This document shows, piece after piece, positions 1 to 10,091 of a stretch of 64,000 bases of DNA (its first letter is position 1; every line of letters begins with the position of its first letter). The stretch is from Planctomycetota bacterium (GTDB lineage Bacteria; Planctomycetota; JACOTG01; JAJDCM01). Under the pieces are notes generated by a model that did not search any database, had not been told where the DNA came from, and saw nothing but the letters and a program-made list of their open reading frames with translations. The translations under genes and the position numbers were made by a program. The stretch covers positions 5,215 to 69,214 of the forward strand of contig JAJDCM010000312.1 of the NCBI GenBank assembly GCA_029260825.1, read 5' to 3'.

Positions 1-2
1 TG

Positions 3-929
3 TTCCAGCTCCTGTTTCCCATCTCTCTTTCGGCCGACTATTCATTTCGAGCCATCGAGCCCTTCAGCAACCTCTTTTCCCCCGCACCCCTGCTTGGCCT
101 GATGGCTACTGTGGGATGCCTGGTTGTCATCCTCAGGAACCGAAAATCAAAACCTGCCTGTCTCACCGCGGCGTTCTTTTTCATCCCGTACGGCATCGTT
201 TCGAACGTCGTGTTCCTGATCGGCACCATCTACGGGGAGCGACTTCTCTATGTGCCATCGGTCGGAAGCGCCCTTGCCCTTTCTCTTCTGGTTTCCCGGT
301 ACATGCCCCTCACCGGACGAAGAAAGGCTGCCTTCTCGGTTGGTTTGGTCTCGGTTCTCTGTCTCTTTGCCTTCAGGACGACCCTCCGCAACGAGGTGTG
401 GATGGACGAGGTCACCCTCTTTGCCGACACGATCAAGAGGCGCCCAAAAAGTGTCAAGGCCCACTTCCTTCTGGGCCAGGCCTACCTACGACACAGCCAG
501 GTGGAGGAGGCTCGGAGGGCTTTTTCAACAACCATCGTTCTTGATCCAACCTACGAGCACGGCTACCTGGCCCTCGGCCGGATCGAACTCGAAAAGAAGA
601 ACCTCGATTCCGCGAAAGAGCATTTCAAACTGGCGTGGGATCATGCGGATACCCCCGACATGGCCGCCCGAGCCGCCTGGAGATTGGGAGCCACTTTCGT
701 TCTTCAAAGAAACCTGGAAATGGGAGAGGTGTGGTGCCGCCGGGGCCTGCAAAAGGTGCCCGACCATGCCTTCCTCCACGAAGATCTCGCTGCCATCCTC
801 GCCCGTGGAAATCGATACTCGGAAGCGGCAAGCCACCTTCGATCAGCCCTTCGAAAGGACCCGGATAACCCCCACCTGAAGAAGAAGCTGGAGAAGATCT
901 ATCAACAGGCTCAGCGGGCGAGAGAATAG
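3..929 (+). CDS. C-terminal part of a TMTC/DUF1736-like membrane protein with TPR repeats (5' end lies outside the window)
   Basis: Frame 3 is open from base 3 (FQLLFPISLSADYSFRAIEPF...). Hydrophobic segments are followed by TPR-like repeats (KAHFLLGQAYLRHSQVEEARRAF, YLALGRIELEKKNLDSAKEHF, DLAAILARGNRYSEAASHLRSAL). TAG stop at 927-929. Confidence 0.7.
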   Translation, partial: FQLLFPISLSADYSFRAIEPFSNLFSPAPLLGLMATVGCLVVILRNRKSKPACLTAAFFFIPYGIVSNVVFLIGTIYGERLLYVPSVGSALALSLLVSRYMPLTGRRKAAFSVGLVSVLCLFAFRTTLRNEVWMDEVTLFADTIKRRPKSVKAHFLLGQAYLRHSQVEEARRAFSTTIVLDPTYEHGYLALGRIELEKKNLDSAKEHFKLAWDHADTPDMAARAAWRLGATFVLQRNLEMGEVWCRRGLQKVPDHAFLHEDLAAILARGNRYSEAASHLRSALRKDPDNPHLKKKLEKIYQQAQRARE

Positions 930-987
930 AAGGCCCCTCCCATCCGGCCCGCAGGGGAGCACACGCAATCGGGGAAGCAAAAGTAGT

Positions 988-1387
988 GGCCAAAGACGGT
1001 GAGCCGTAAGCCGAGTTCTGTCCCTCCTCCTGCGAGGAGGTGTGACCATTTATCTAGGATCGCCGTTGCCGACGACCTCAAACGACCTACCCGGAAGTAG
1101 TCCCGGCGAACCAGGACAAAGAGACGGGCCGCCTCATCCTTCCCTATTTGGTCTTTCTCCGAGTGGGGTTTACCGAGCCAGGAGAGTCACCTCCCCTGCT
1201 GGTGAGCTCTTACCTCACCGTTTCACCCTTACTGAACCGAGTCAGGCCCGGACCAGCGGTCTACTTTCTGTTGCACTTTCCCTACCCTTACGGGCGGTGG
1301 GCGTTACCCACCACTCTGCCCTGTGGAGCTCGGACTTTCCTCAGGATGACAGGCACCCCGCGGCCACACCGTCACCGTCTTTGGCCG
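988..1387 (-). ncRNA. rnpB: RNase P RNA, bacterial type A
   Basis: The reverse complement contains the universal blocks GAGGAAAGTCCGAGCTCCACAGGGCAG, AGGGTGAAACGGTGAGGTAAGAGCTCACC, GGTAAACCCCACTCGGAGAAAGACCAAATAGG, CTAGATAAATGGTCAC and ACAGAACTCGGCTTACGG. The P1 helix forms between GGCCAAAGACGGTGA (5' end, about 1372-1386) and TCACCGTCTTTGGCC (3' end, about 988-1003). Confidence 0.93.
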
Positions 1388-1502
1388 GGCGTAGGGTAGC
1401 ACGCAAAAGAGAATTGAGACACGGAAGGGCTTCGGGGAAGGGAAGAGGCTCGAAAAAGGCACCGGCACTGGAGACGAGGGAGCAGTCTTGCTCCGGGGCC
1501 CT

Positions 1503-2225
1503 TCAGACAGAAATGTCTTCTGGTAGGTACAAGATTCTATTGCAGAACTTGCACTGGATGAGGGAGTCGCTTTTCTTGACCAGGGTCAGTTCATGCATGG
1601 TGATTTCCATGAAACAGCCCTGACATGTCTGATCAATGACCGACGAGATGCCCGAGCCACTCCTGGCTCCCAGAATCTTGTTGTAGAGATGCAGGGCTTC
1701 CGGCGGGATTTCCTCCGCCTTGTGGTCCCGAAGGCTCCGGTGATTCTGAACCTTCTTTTGCATCTCGGCAAACGTGGTCTGGGCCTCGGCTTTTCCCTCG
1801 TCGTACTCTTTTTTGGCCGCAGCGAGGGTTTCTTTTTCGGGCCCCATCCCTCTCCGAGTCTCCTCGACTTCGGTCATCAGGGCCAGAACTTCGTCTTCCA
1901 CCAGAGAGTTGTCGGCACGCAACCCCTCGATCTGATGCTTGAAGGTGTCGAAGTCGCGGTTGGTTTTGACCGCATTGAGCTGAACCTCGATCTTTGCCAT
2001 CTGCTCTTCACGAGAGGCAATGTCGAGTTCCTTTTGCTTGATGAGAAGCTCTTTTTCGCGGATCTTTGCTTCGATCTGCTCGACAACAGCCTTGGCTTCA
2101 AGGTAGTTGCGTTCGCGGGCAGCCATCCAACCCGGCTGTGCCTTCGCTTCAGCCTCGAGCTTGACGAGCTCCTTATCCAGAGACTGGAGCGAAACGAGCT
2201 TTGCTAAAGTATCTGGCACCAACAA
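1503..2225 (-). CDS. Coiled-coil protein with a C-terminal C4 zinc ribbon (COG1579/DUF164-like)
   Basis: Long heptad-rich coiled coil, then CQGCFMEI...CKFCNRILY. The ORF is open to 2375. However, GGGAGGA followed by TTG at 2225 would give the usual ~240 aa, so the start is uncertain (alternatives: ATG at 2297 or 2375). Confidence 0.7.
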   Translation of the reverse strand: MLVPDTLAKLVSLQSLDKELVKLEAEAKAQPGWMAARERNYLEAKAVVEQIEAKIREKELLIKQKELDIASREEQMAKIEVQLNAVKTNRDFDTFKHQIEGLRADNSLVEDEVLALMTEVEETRRGMGPEKETLAAAKKEYDEGKAEAQTTFAEMQKKVQNHRSLRDHKAEEIPPEALHLYNKILGARSGSGISSVIDQTCQGCFMEITMHELTLVKKSDSLIQCKFCNRILYLPEDISV

Positions 2226-2388
2226 GTGATGTCCTCCCGGACGTTGCGCGATCTCTGTCTTGAGCCCTTCGGTGAAAAGCTCACAACCGACTGTCATCCC
2301 CCTGGAAGAGGGACGCGTATCGTACAATCTACACGAACCCGGATGAAGAAAGAACCATCCGGGTTCGCGGAGCATACTCTATCCGAGA

Positions 2389-4056
2389 TCAGGGACTCAC
2401 ATAGTTGTCCAAAAAGCCCTCGAGCTTCCGGCTTCTCACCGGGTGCTGCAGCTTTCGAACGGCCTTCGCTTCGATCTGGCGAACGCGCTCACGAGTCACC
2501 TTGAAAATCCGACCAACTTCTTCCAGTGTATATGTGTAGCCATCGCCAATCCCATAGCGAAGCTTGATGATCTCACGCTCCCTGAAGGTCAGAGTGCGCA
2601 GGATATGCTCGATCTTGTCCTTCAGCATCTCGTGGGTGGCCGCCTTGACCGGCGATTCCACCGTATTGTCCTCGATGAAATCTCCAAAGTAGCTGTCATC
2701 GGACTCGCCGATGGGTCGATCGAGGGAGATGGGGTGCTTGGAAATCTTCAGGACCCGCTTTGCCTCTTCCACCGAGATGCACGTGGCCTGGGCGATTTCT
2801 TCAATCGTTGGCTCACGACCCTTTTTCTGGGTTAACTTCTTGGTGACGTTGCGCAATTTCGTCATCGTTTCGATCATGTGCACCGGAATTCGAATGGTGC
2901 GGGCCTGATCGGCGATGGAGCGAGTGATGGCCTGTCGAATCCACCAGGTTGCGTAGGTCGAGAACTTGTAGCCTCGACGATACTCATACTTCTCAACGGC
3001 CTTCATGAGACCGGTATTCCCTTCCTGAATCAGATCCAGGAACGACAATCCTCGGTTGCGATACTTCTTGGCAATGCTGACCACCAACCGGAGATTTCCG
3101 GAGGAGAGCTTCCTCTTGGCAATCTCATACTCTTCATAATGGTTGTCAATCACCTCGAGACGGCATCTCAGCTTGTGGACTGACTCGAGCGCGAGAAGCT
3201 GAAGAGCATCCAGCTTCTTCTGGAGATCCTTGGCTTCGGTGATCGTCCTTTCGGACTTGCGCGCCTTGACGAGAGCAACCTCGGTCCCTACCATCTCGTT
3301 GAAGAACTGCTTCAAGCCGAGAATCATGGGGCGAATCTTCTTGATCTGAACCGGAACCTCTTCAAGAAGAATCACGGCTTTTCGCCGTCTAGCAAGAAAC
3401 CGCTTGATCAGAAACTGCTTTTTCTTGTTCGAGATTTTCTTCCGCGACAAAGCAATGAAGTCTTCTCGCAAGGACTGAAGGAGCTTCTGGAGGGTGGAGA
3501 TGTTCTCGGGAAGGCGATCTGCCATCTCGATCTTTCCCACGTCTCCACTGGTACTCACCTTCAGGGTTCGATCGAAAGCGAGCTCCCCATTTTGAACCTT
3601 GATGAGGATGTCGAGAGCCTCTTCGAAGGCCACTCCCGACTGAAGAAGCTTCTTGCGGAATGCGTTTCGCGATTCCTCGATCGTACGGGCGAGGGAGATC
3701 TCTTCCGCACGGGAAAGCAGAGGGATCTCACCCATTTGAGTGAGATACATCCGGACAGGATCGTCGATCTTCTCGCTCGACCCCGTACCATCCGGACTCT
3801 TCGTGGTGGTTGATGTGGACCCGGCGGGAGCAGCGGCCTGCTCAGCCTCTCTCTCGGGTAGCTCCGATTCTTCGATGACGTCAACGCCACCCTGATCGAG
3901 CAACGCAAGAACTTCATCGATCCGATCCGGAGAAACGACATCCTCCGGAAGAACATCATTGAGTTCTTCGTAGGTTACGTAGCCTTTTTTCTTCCCCACT
4001 CGAACAAGCGTGCGAATCTCGTCGTCAAGTCTGTCCCCCTTCAGTGCCTTGTTCAT
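2389..4056 (-). CDS. rpoD: RNA polymerase primary sigma factor (sigma-70)
   Basis: Region 2 to 4 signatures are present: [73 protein letters not shown] and [27 protein letters not shown]. An acidic N-terminal region 1 is also present. Confidence 0.97.
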   Translation of the reverse strand: MNKALKGDRLDDEIRTLVRVGKKKGYVTYEELNDVLPEDVVSPDRIDEVLALLDQGGVDVIEESELPEREAEQAAAPAGSTSTTTKSPDGTGSSEKIDDPVRMYLTQMGEIPLLSRAEEISLARTIEESRNAFRKKLLQSGVAFEEALDILIKVQNGELAFDRTLKVSTSGDVGKIEMADRLPENISTLQKLLQSLREDFIALSRKKISNKKKQFLIKRFLARRRKAVILLEEVPVQIKKIRPMILGLKQFFNEMVGTEVALVKARKSERTITEAKDLQKKLDALQLLALESVHKLRCRLEVIDNHYEEYEIAKRKLSSGNLRLVVSIAKKYRNRGLSFLDLIQEGNTGLMKAVEKYEYRRGYKFSTYATWWIRQAITRSIADQARTIRIPVHMIETMTKLRNVTKKLTQKKGREPTIEEIAQATCISVEEAKRVLKISKHPISLDRPIGESDDSYFGDFIEDNTVESPVKAATHEMLKDKIEHILRTLTFREREIIKLRYGIGDGYTYTLEEVGRIFKVTRERVRQIEAKAVRKLQHPVRSRKLEGFLDNYVSP

Positions 4057-5848
4057 TTACGACTCCTTCTCTACCACACCTTCTTCTATCAACTTCTGCC
4101 CGAAGCCGGTCCAGGTAGTCACCCAGGACCCCGTCCCTTTTTCCTTCATCCCCATCTTCATTCAGGACCCGGTTCAATTCTGTCCGGCTTCTGGCAAGGT
4201 CATTTTCAGCTCGTTGGCGTCGAAAATATTCGATGCTAGCAGTCACCCGTTCGCGAGACTCATCATCACTTACCGGCTCATCGGCCAATAGCAAGTGCGC
4301 AAGCGTACGCGCTTCGGGATCCTCGATCATCAGGGTGACGTCATCTCCTTTTCGACTCCCACCCTGTTCGAGATTTGTTCTTACTGCTTCGAATATCAGC
4401 CGTTGGGCTCGAGTCGGAAGTTCAGTGCTTTGGAGGGAATCCACAATTGTGATGGCTTGTTGAGTGAAATTCAGGGCTTCTCGTAGCAGGGCTAACCCGG
4501 CCAGCTCTTGGGGAGACTGTCTTTTGACAACTTCTCCTTGGGCTGCCTGCTTGCGGCGCTCGGCCATCCCATCTTTTCTCTGAATCAACCATCCTCTTAC
4601 AGCACTTTCCGACAGGCTCAACTCATCCGCTACACGCCGTGTGAGAGCGTCCCGAACGAGAAGATCCTCAACGCAACGAACCTTATCCAGACACTTCGCC
4701 GCGAGCGTGGCGCGTTCCCTTTCGGAAAGGCGATCGGCTCCGTCGAAGAGATCATCAAAATAGTCTCGGGCTCCCTCAACCCGCCGGCGAAATCCTTCTT
4801 CGCCTTCGCTTCGAATCACGTCGCAGGGATCTTGGCCTTGAGGCAACCAGGCGACTCGCACTTCCAAACCCACGGCGAGACAAACTTCCGCTGCGCCATC
4901 GACTGCCTTTTTGCCCGACTCGTCCCCATCGTAGAGAAGAACGACCTGGGTCGAATATCGACGCAGGAGTCGTGCTTGGCCTTCGGTCAGCGCGGTGCCA
5001 AGACCGGCCACCACACCGCAAAAACCGGCCTGGTGAGCCATCAATACATCTGTATATCCTTCGACCACGACAAGAGGCTGTCCATCCGCCGTGGCTTTCT
5101 TTGCCTGCTCCAGAGCGAAAAGGTTTCTTCGCTTCTGAAAAACCGACGTTTCGGGTGAGTTCCGATACTTCGGTTTCGAGTCGTCCAGAACCCGGCCACC
5201 AAACCCAATGACTCGACCCAAAACATCGTGGATCGGAAACATCACTCGATTTCTGAAAGGCTCATAAAGACTACCCCGCTCTGACTTCTGAAGCAAACCG
5301 GCCTTCAGTAAAAGCTCTTCGGGGACCGAATTTCTTCTGGCCATGTCCCTCAAAAACTCGAACCCCTCAGGACAAAACCCCAGTCGAAAAGACTCGATGA
5401 TTTTCGGGGAGAAACCTCGGTTTTCAAAATACTCGCTCGCGCCCTTGCCAAGGGGAGACGCGAGAACCTTTGAGAAAAGATCCCGGGACCAGGTGAGGAC
5501 CGCCAGGACGTGTTTTTTGTCGCCGGAAGAGAGATGATTGCCGGAATCGGGCGCAGCTGGTTGAAACTGAATTCCGGCACGCTCTGCCAGAAGCTCCGCC
5601 GCCTCCATGAACGAAATCTTTTCCTGTTCGATCAGGAACTGAAAAACGTCTCCGTGCTGACCACACGACCAGCAGCGATAGCGCTGACGCTCGGGATCGA
5701 CATCGAAAGAGGGATTGCTGTCATCGTGGAACGGGCAGAGGGAGAGGAAGCTCTTCCCCTTTTTTTGAAGCTGGAGGTATGAAGAGATCAGATCGACAAT
5801 GTCAGTTGCCGCCTTAATCTCTGCCAGAGTCCCTTCGGCTACCCGCAT
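4025..5848 (-). CDS. dnaG: DNA primase
   Basis: CHC2 zinc finger ([34 protein letters not shown]) and Toprim region ([16 protein letters not shown]...[13 protein letters not shown]). The 3' end overlaps the rpoD start by 32 nt, the classic dnaG-rpoD linkage. Confidence 0.95.
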   Translation of the reverse strand: MRVAEGTLAEIKAATDIVDLISSYLQLQKKGKSFLSLCPFHDDSNPSFDVDPERQRYRCWSCGQHGDVFQFLIEQEKISFMEAAELLAERAGIQFQPAAPDSGNHLSSGDKKHVLAVLTWSRDLFSKVLASPLGKGASEYFENRGFSPKIIESFRLGFCPEGFEFLRDMARRNSVPEELLLKAGLLQKSERGSLYEPFRNRVMFPIHDVLGRVIGFGGRVLDDSKPKYRNSPETSVFQKRRNLFALEQAKKATADGQPLVVVEGYTDVLMAHQAGFCGVVAGLGTALTEGQARLLRRYSTQVVLLYDGDESGKKAVDGAAEVCLAVGLEVRVAWLPQGQDPCDVIRSEGEEGFRRRVEGARDYFDDLFDGADRLSERERATLAAKCLDKVRCVEDLLVRDALTRRVADELSLSESAVRGWLIQRKDGMAERRKQAAQGEVVKRQSPQELAGLALLREALNFTQQAITIVDSLQSTELPTRAQRLIFEAVRTNLEQGGSRKGDDVTLMIEDPEARTLAHLLLADEPVSDDESRERVTASIEYFRRQRAENDLARSRTELNRVLNEDGDEGKRDGVLGDYLDRLRAEVDRRRCGREGVVNEQGTEGGQT

Positions 5849-6078
5849 CCCGGCTTTGTTCTAACCTCTGGATGACACGACGATGAAAATTGATGAACCG
5901 TGTGTTCGTGGGGGGAGATTCGGCTAAAAAGACAGGTTTTCGAGTTCCTTCCACCAGACCTTCTTCGCCAAAGAACTCTTGAATTGCGCGTCTTGATCAC
6001 CCAGAAGAAGTGCAATTCTACCCAAGCCACGGGAGACTAAGAAAAAGCACCTAACTATACCACCCCCTTTTCCAAGGG

Positions 6079-6975
6079 TCAAGGGAGAAAGGGAGTTAGA
6101 GCGACAAACAGGCTCGACAATTCCGGAGGCGTCAGCTCTTCCGGGCGGCGGGAAATAACCGGCCCCGCAATTTCCTCCACATTGACCCCACGCCCCAGAA
6201 AGGACCGGCCCGTCAGAATCGCCCGGAGGGTCTTCCGGCGCTGGGTAAAGATCTGACAGAGAAACCCATCGAGACGAGCGAGGCTCGAAAGGTCAAAAAG
6301 AGGCACCTCTCTCCTTTTGATCTCGAGAATCACGGAGTGGACCTTGGGTCTTGGAGTGAACACGTGAGGCGGTACGGGCCGCACCGCTCGGGCCGTGGCC
6401 ACGAGATCGAGAATGATCCGAGCCGGGCCATAATCCTTCGTGCCCACCGCTGAAAGAAGCCGGTCGCCCAGCTCCCGCTGGGTCATCACCAGAAGCGACT
6501 CGACCTCGGGAAGCGTCTTCAAAACCGTGAGAATGATCGGCGTCGCGATCGAGTACGGGAGGTTCGCGACCATCTTCCCCCGGAGCCCCTCCTGCCCGCA
6601 GAGAGCCCGGCGAAACTTCTCGACCACAACCGGAGAAAGCTGCCTCTTGCCGCGAAGGATGTCATCACCGACCAGCTCCAGGCCGGGATGCCCCTCCAGG
6701 CGTCCTCTGGCGAAACGGAGCATTTCTCTGTCGGTTTCCACGGAAATAACACGGTGGGCCCTTTCGGCAAGGAGACGGGTCAACAGTCCGGGCCCCGTCC
6801 CGACCTCGAGCACAACGTCCCTTGAAGTGAGTCCCGCGTCCTTGACCATGGCAAGGAGAAGATTCGAATCCAGGAGGAAGTTCTGACCGAGGCTCTTTCG
6901 AAGCCTCTTTCGCTCCTGACGGAGAAACGTCAGGAGCACCTCGATCTCGCCCCTGAGCTTCTCCTTTTCAGTCAA
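6079..6975 (-). CDS. rsmA: 16S rRNA (adenine1518/1519-N6)-dimethyltransferase
   Basis: LGQNFLLDSNLL and the SAM motif VLEVGTGPGLLT, plus MVANLPYSIATP. Overlaps the upstream gene by 4 nt. Confidence 0.93.
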   Translation of the reverse strand: MTEKEKLRGEIEVLLTFLRQERKRLRKSLGQNFLLDSNLLLAMVKDAGLTSRDVVLEVGTGPGLLTRLLAERAHRVISVETDREMLRFARGRLEGHPGLELVGDDILRGKRQLSPVVVEKFRRALCGQEGLRGKMVANLPYSIATPIILTVLKTLPEVESLLVMTQRELGDRLLSAVGTKDYGPARIILDLVATARAVRPVPPHVFTPRPKVHSVILEIKRREVPLFDLSSLARLDGFLCQIFTQRRKTLRAILTGRSFLGRGVNVEEIAGPVISRRPEELTPPELSSLFVALTPFLP

Positions 6976-8207
6976 ATCCCTTCCTCGGATTCGGTCGGGA
7001 TGACTTCTCCTTCGAGGGGAATGAGGAGATCGGGATCAATCAGATGCCCTCCCATGTCAGGATCACCGTCAAGATTCAGGTCGGCTTGCTCCCCGGCCTG
7101 ATCCTGCTCTTCGATCTGCAACAGGCCTGGAAAACGATCGGTCTCGATTCCAGAGATGGTCATTTGCCTGGTCACGAGGAGCCGGGCGTTTTCCTCCTGA
7201 CAAACTCGAATCAACCCCTCATACGCTGCCGCCACGACCTGGGGGCTTGGATCTTTCAAGGTCTCGACGAGCTTTCGGGATGAAACGTCGGCCGGGAGCC
7301 CGGAAAGGAGCTCGGCCGCAAAAACTCGTGTCGCAACCGTGTCCTCTTCGATCATGGTGAGGATCCGGGCAACCACGTCGGCGTCCACATTCTTGGCGCA
7401 TCGAAACCCGAGCCATCCGTTGAAGTTCGCATCCTCCTCGAGGGAGAAATTCTGACTGACCGCGTTGTCCCGAAGGGTATTGTAGCCGCCGCCCTTGATC
7501 ACCCGCCCCCGAACCGCCCAACCCCGCAGCGCCCCATCATCCCGAAGGGGGTAGTCGAGAAAGTCAGAAGCTGTCCACTCCCAAACGTTGCCACAAAGAT
7601 CGTAGCAACCATCCTGGGAGCGCCCACTTTCAAACGTGCCGACCCGGGTGGTGTGCCTCACGCCAAGCTCAAGTGTGTTGCAGCGATTCCGATGAAAAGA
7701 ATATCCCCATGGATAGCGCACCCGGCGACTCCCGGCCGCCGCCCACTCCCACTCAACTTCGGTGGGCAGTCGCTTGTTAGCCCACAAAGCGTAGGCCTCC
7801 GCATCCGGGAATGACACATAGACCATGGGATGGGTGGCGTGAAGATCGTGCAGGAAGAGCTCGTGCCAGAGAATCTGAGCTTGAGGGTGAGCGGCGGTGT
7901 GACCCGTCTCCCGGACAAATCGCCGAAACTCGCCCACGGTGACTTCAAACCGATCCAGGAGGAAGGCGGGAATTGAGGATCGCTCTCCCGTACCGGACCC
8001 GCGGGCAGTGACTCCGGCGGGGATCAGTGCCATGGAGGCAAAATCCACCGCCGGTGATTCCGGCTCGGTGTGGGGTTCAACCTTGGGAGGAGGACTGCAG
8101 CCGGGACAAATCACCCCTGCCATCGAAAGCAAGAGGATCCCCAGGAGAGCGGACGCGTTGAGCCGCTTGACCATCCATCGTGATGACTGGTGGTTTTTCC
8201 CCGGCAT
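6972..8207 (-). CDS. Formylglycine-generating-enzyme (SUMF1/FGE-sulfatase) domain protein with a C-terminal HEAT-like region; probable lipoprotein
   Basis: FEVTVGEFRRFV, YVSFPDAEAYALWANKRLPTEVEWEWAA, GNVWEWT, KGGGY and GFRCA motifs. N-terminal signal sequence with a Cys (GVICPGCS). An alternative start at 8174 is possible. Confidence 0.8.
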   Translation of the reverse strand: MPGKNHQSSRWMVKRLNASALLGILLLSMAGVICPGCSPPPKVEPHTEPESPAVDFASMALIPAGVTARGSGTGERSSIPAFLLDRFEVTVGEFRRFVRETGHTAAHPQAQILWHELFLHDLHATHPMVYVSFPDAEAYALWANKRLPTEVEWEWAAAGSRRVRYPWGYSFHRNRCNTLELGVRHTTRVGTFESGRSQDGCYDLCGNVWEWTASDFLDYPLRDDGALRGWAVRGRVIKGGGYNTLRDNAVSQNFSLEEDANFNGWLGFRCAKNVDADVVARILTMIEEDTVATRVFAAELLSGLPADVSSRKLVETLKDPSPQVVAAAYEGLIRVCQEENARLLVTRQMTISGIETDRFPGLLQIEEQDQAGEQADLNLDGDPDMGGHLIDPDLLIPLEGEVIPTESEEGI

Positions 8208-8229
8208 TCAGTTGACTACTTCCGAAAGG

Positions 8230-8955
8230 TCAGGGTTGGTCGATGACCAGAATATCGACCCGGCGATTCTTCTTTCGGCCCCCTGGTGAGTCATTGTCCG
8301 CAACCGGTCGATATTCACCATAACCGGCGTAAGAAATCCGGGACGAGTCCAACCCGTTCTTGATCATGAAGTCGGCGACAACAAGGGCTCGATTACCGGA
8401 CAGCTCAAGGTTACCACGGGGATACTTCTTGAGTGTAGCTTCCTGAACAACCGGGACGTTGTCCGAATGCCCTTCCACACGAATCGAGTTCTGGCGTCCG
8501 CCAAACCTTGAGATGAGCTGCTTCAAGGTGTCTTGACCATTTTTCTTGATGGTGCTCTTTCCCGTGTCAAAAAGAACCGTACTGGCAACGCTGTACTTGG
8601 TTCCTTCCGACGTTCGGGTGATGGAGACCCCAGGAATGCTCGTATCTTCGATCGGAGCTGGAATCGACTCGAGAGCATTGAGCTGATTTTCGAGCCGGGA
8701 CACCGCGCCCTTGTGCAGGTCACGATCCTTACGAGCCTTGTCGGCGTCTGCGGAGGAAAGGGCCATATTCCGGGCCAGATTCTGATTCTCGGACGAAAGT
8801 ACCAGGTTCTCTTCCTGCAGGCTGCGAATGACCGCGTCTTGATTTTCGATCATTCCCGCAGCCTTATCGTAGGTCTGACGAGCTACACAGCTCACGAACA
8901 GCATGGGAATCACCGCCAAAGACAAAGCGCACCTGATTCGAGGAGCTATTTGCAT
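8230..8955 (-). CDS. OmpA/MotB-domain lipoprotein with a coiled-coil segment
   Basis: C-terminal peptidoglycan-binding OmpA motifs (RVEGHSDNVPV, NRALVVADFM, GYGEYRPVADNDSPGGRKKNRRVDILV). The likely start is ATG 8955 (MQIAPRIRCALSLAVIPMLFVSC, lipobox). The ORF is open to 9033. Confidence 0.8.
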   Translation of the reverse strand: MQIAPRIRCALSLAVIPMLFVSCVARQTYDKAAGMIENQDAVIRSLQEENLVLSSENQNLARNMALSSADADKARKDRDLHKGAVSRLENQLNALESIPAPIEDTSIPGVSITRTSEGTKYSVASTVLFDTGKSTIKKNGQDTLKQLISRFGGRQNSIRVEGHSDNVPVVQEATLKKYPRGNLELSGNRALVVADFMIKNGLDSSRISYAGYGEYRPVADNDSPGGRKKNRRVDILVIDQP

Positions 8956-9218
8956 CACGTCATCCGTCCTTTCCAGGGCGCTCGCACGGACCCGCCCCCC
9001 CAATTGATAAAAACCCAAATACGCAATCAACATATGCGATCAATACGCAGAAGCTCATGGATCGGAGATCGTATGAAAGGCATTAGGAACTCAGAATCTG
9101 AGCTCGAATCCTCGCAAGAAGATTGCCGACCGCCCGACAGCTTTAGCGAGGCAGTGCAGCGGCTCCTTTTTCAGGCGCCGCTGCACCCCATCGATATATT
9201 TTGCACTACTGCTCGACT

Positions 9219-9824
9219 TTATTCGCCGAAAATTCCGTTAAAGAACTCAGCAACACCCTCGGTCACGCCGTTCGTTTGATCCGAGAACAAGCTGATGGCA
9301 ACAAAGACTCCATAAAAGAGAATCAAGGAGCTCATCACCATGATCGCGACGAAGAAGGGATTCCCAGCCTTGGCTTCTTCAGCCCTGGCTCGAATCTGAG
9401 TTCCACGACCCGTGGTTCTGCGAACTGCAGGCCCACCCGTCGCAAACTCATCGCTGCCCATATCGGCAGTGCCCAGATCATCGTCGAGAGTGTCTTCCGA
9501 GATTTGTGCCGTGGCCATGCCGATTTCATCGTCATCGCCAAGGTCCAGATCATCGTCTTCGTCAAACACCAGATCCTCAGCCAAAGTGTCGGCACTGGCG
9601 TCATCTGAGTCGAGATCGAAGTCAAGCGCTCCGGTATCTCCGCCGTCACCTTCCTTTTTCATGAGGCGTTCCACGTCCTCGCGACGAAACTTCATCTTGT
9701 CTTCGTCACGAAAAGCGCGAATGTCTCCTTCGGAGACCAGTCTCTTGAGTTCGTCCTCGCGGAGCTTCAGCTCAGCAAGGGCCTTCTCAAACGAATAGAA
9801 ATCGTCGTCCTTCTTCTTATCCAA
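9219..9824 (-). CDS. Hypothetical protein: N-terminal excisionase-like HTH, very acidic linker, C-terminal transmembrane helix
   Basis: LAELKLREDELKRLVSEGDIRAFRDEDKMKFRREDVERL resembles HTH_17-type domains. This is followed by D/E-rich low complexity and a hydrophobic helix (FFVAIMVMSSLILFYGVFVAISLF). Confidence 0.6.
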   Translation of the reverse strand: MDKKKDDDFYSFEKALAELKLREDELKRLVSEGDIRAFRDEDKMKFRREDVERLMKKEGDGGDTGALDFDLDSDDASADTLAEDLVFDEDDDLDLGDDDEIGMATAQISEDTLDDDLGTADMGSDEFATGGPAVRRTTGRGTQIRARAEEAKAGNPFFVAIMVMSSLILFYGVFVAISLFSDQTNGVTEGVAEFFNGIFGE

Positions 9825-10091
9825 GGAACGTCCTCCTTTTCCCAGAAGCGTTCTATTTGGCAGGGATTACTGCCTGGTTTTTGTTGCGGAGCACCCGTAG
9901 ACCGGGCCAAATCGGCCCGAATCTAGCACAGCTGCCGGGCTTGGAGCAACTTCTTTCCATTGTTTTTCCCCCCTTCCTTGATCGGAAGCCAAACCCGATC
10001 TGAAGTCGCTCTCGAGCAGGCCCTGGAACCGGGAGTCGATCTGAATTCAAATACGCCTCAAATCGTGAATTGAGCCACTTCTGGAGCATCT

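Noticed and set aside
5849-6078. Possible rpsU (S21) upstream of dnaG, which would complete a classical rpsU-dnaG-rpoD operon
   Set aside because: The only minus-strand ORF there (5839..6030, 63 aa) has no resemblance to S21. The region is more likely a promoter or 5' UTR.
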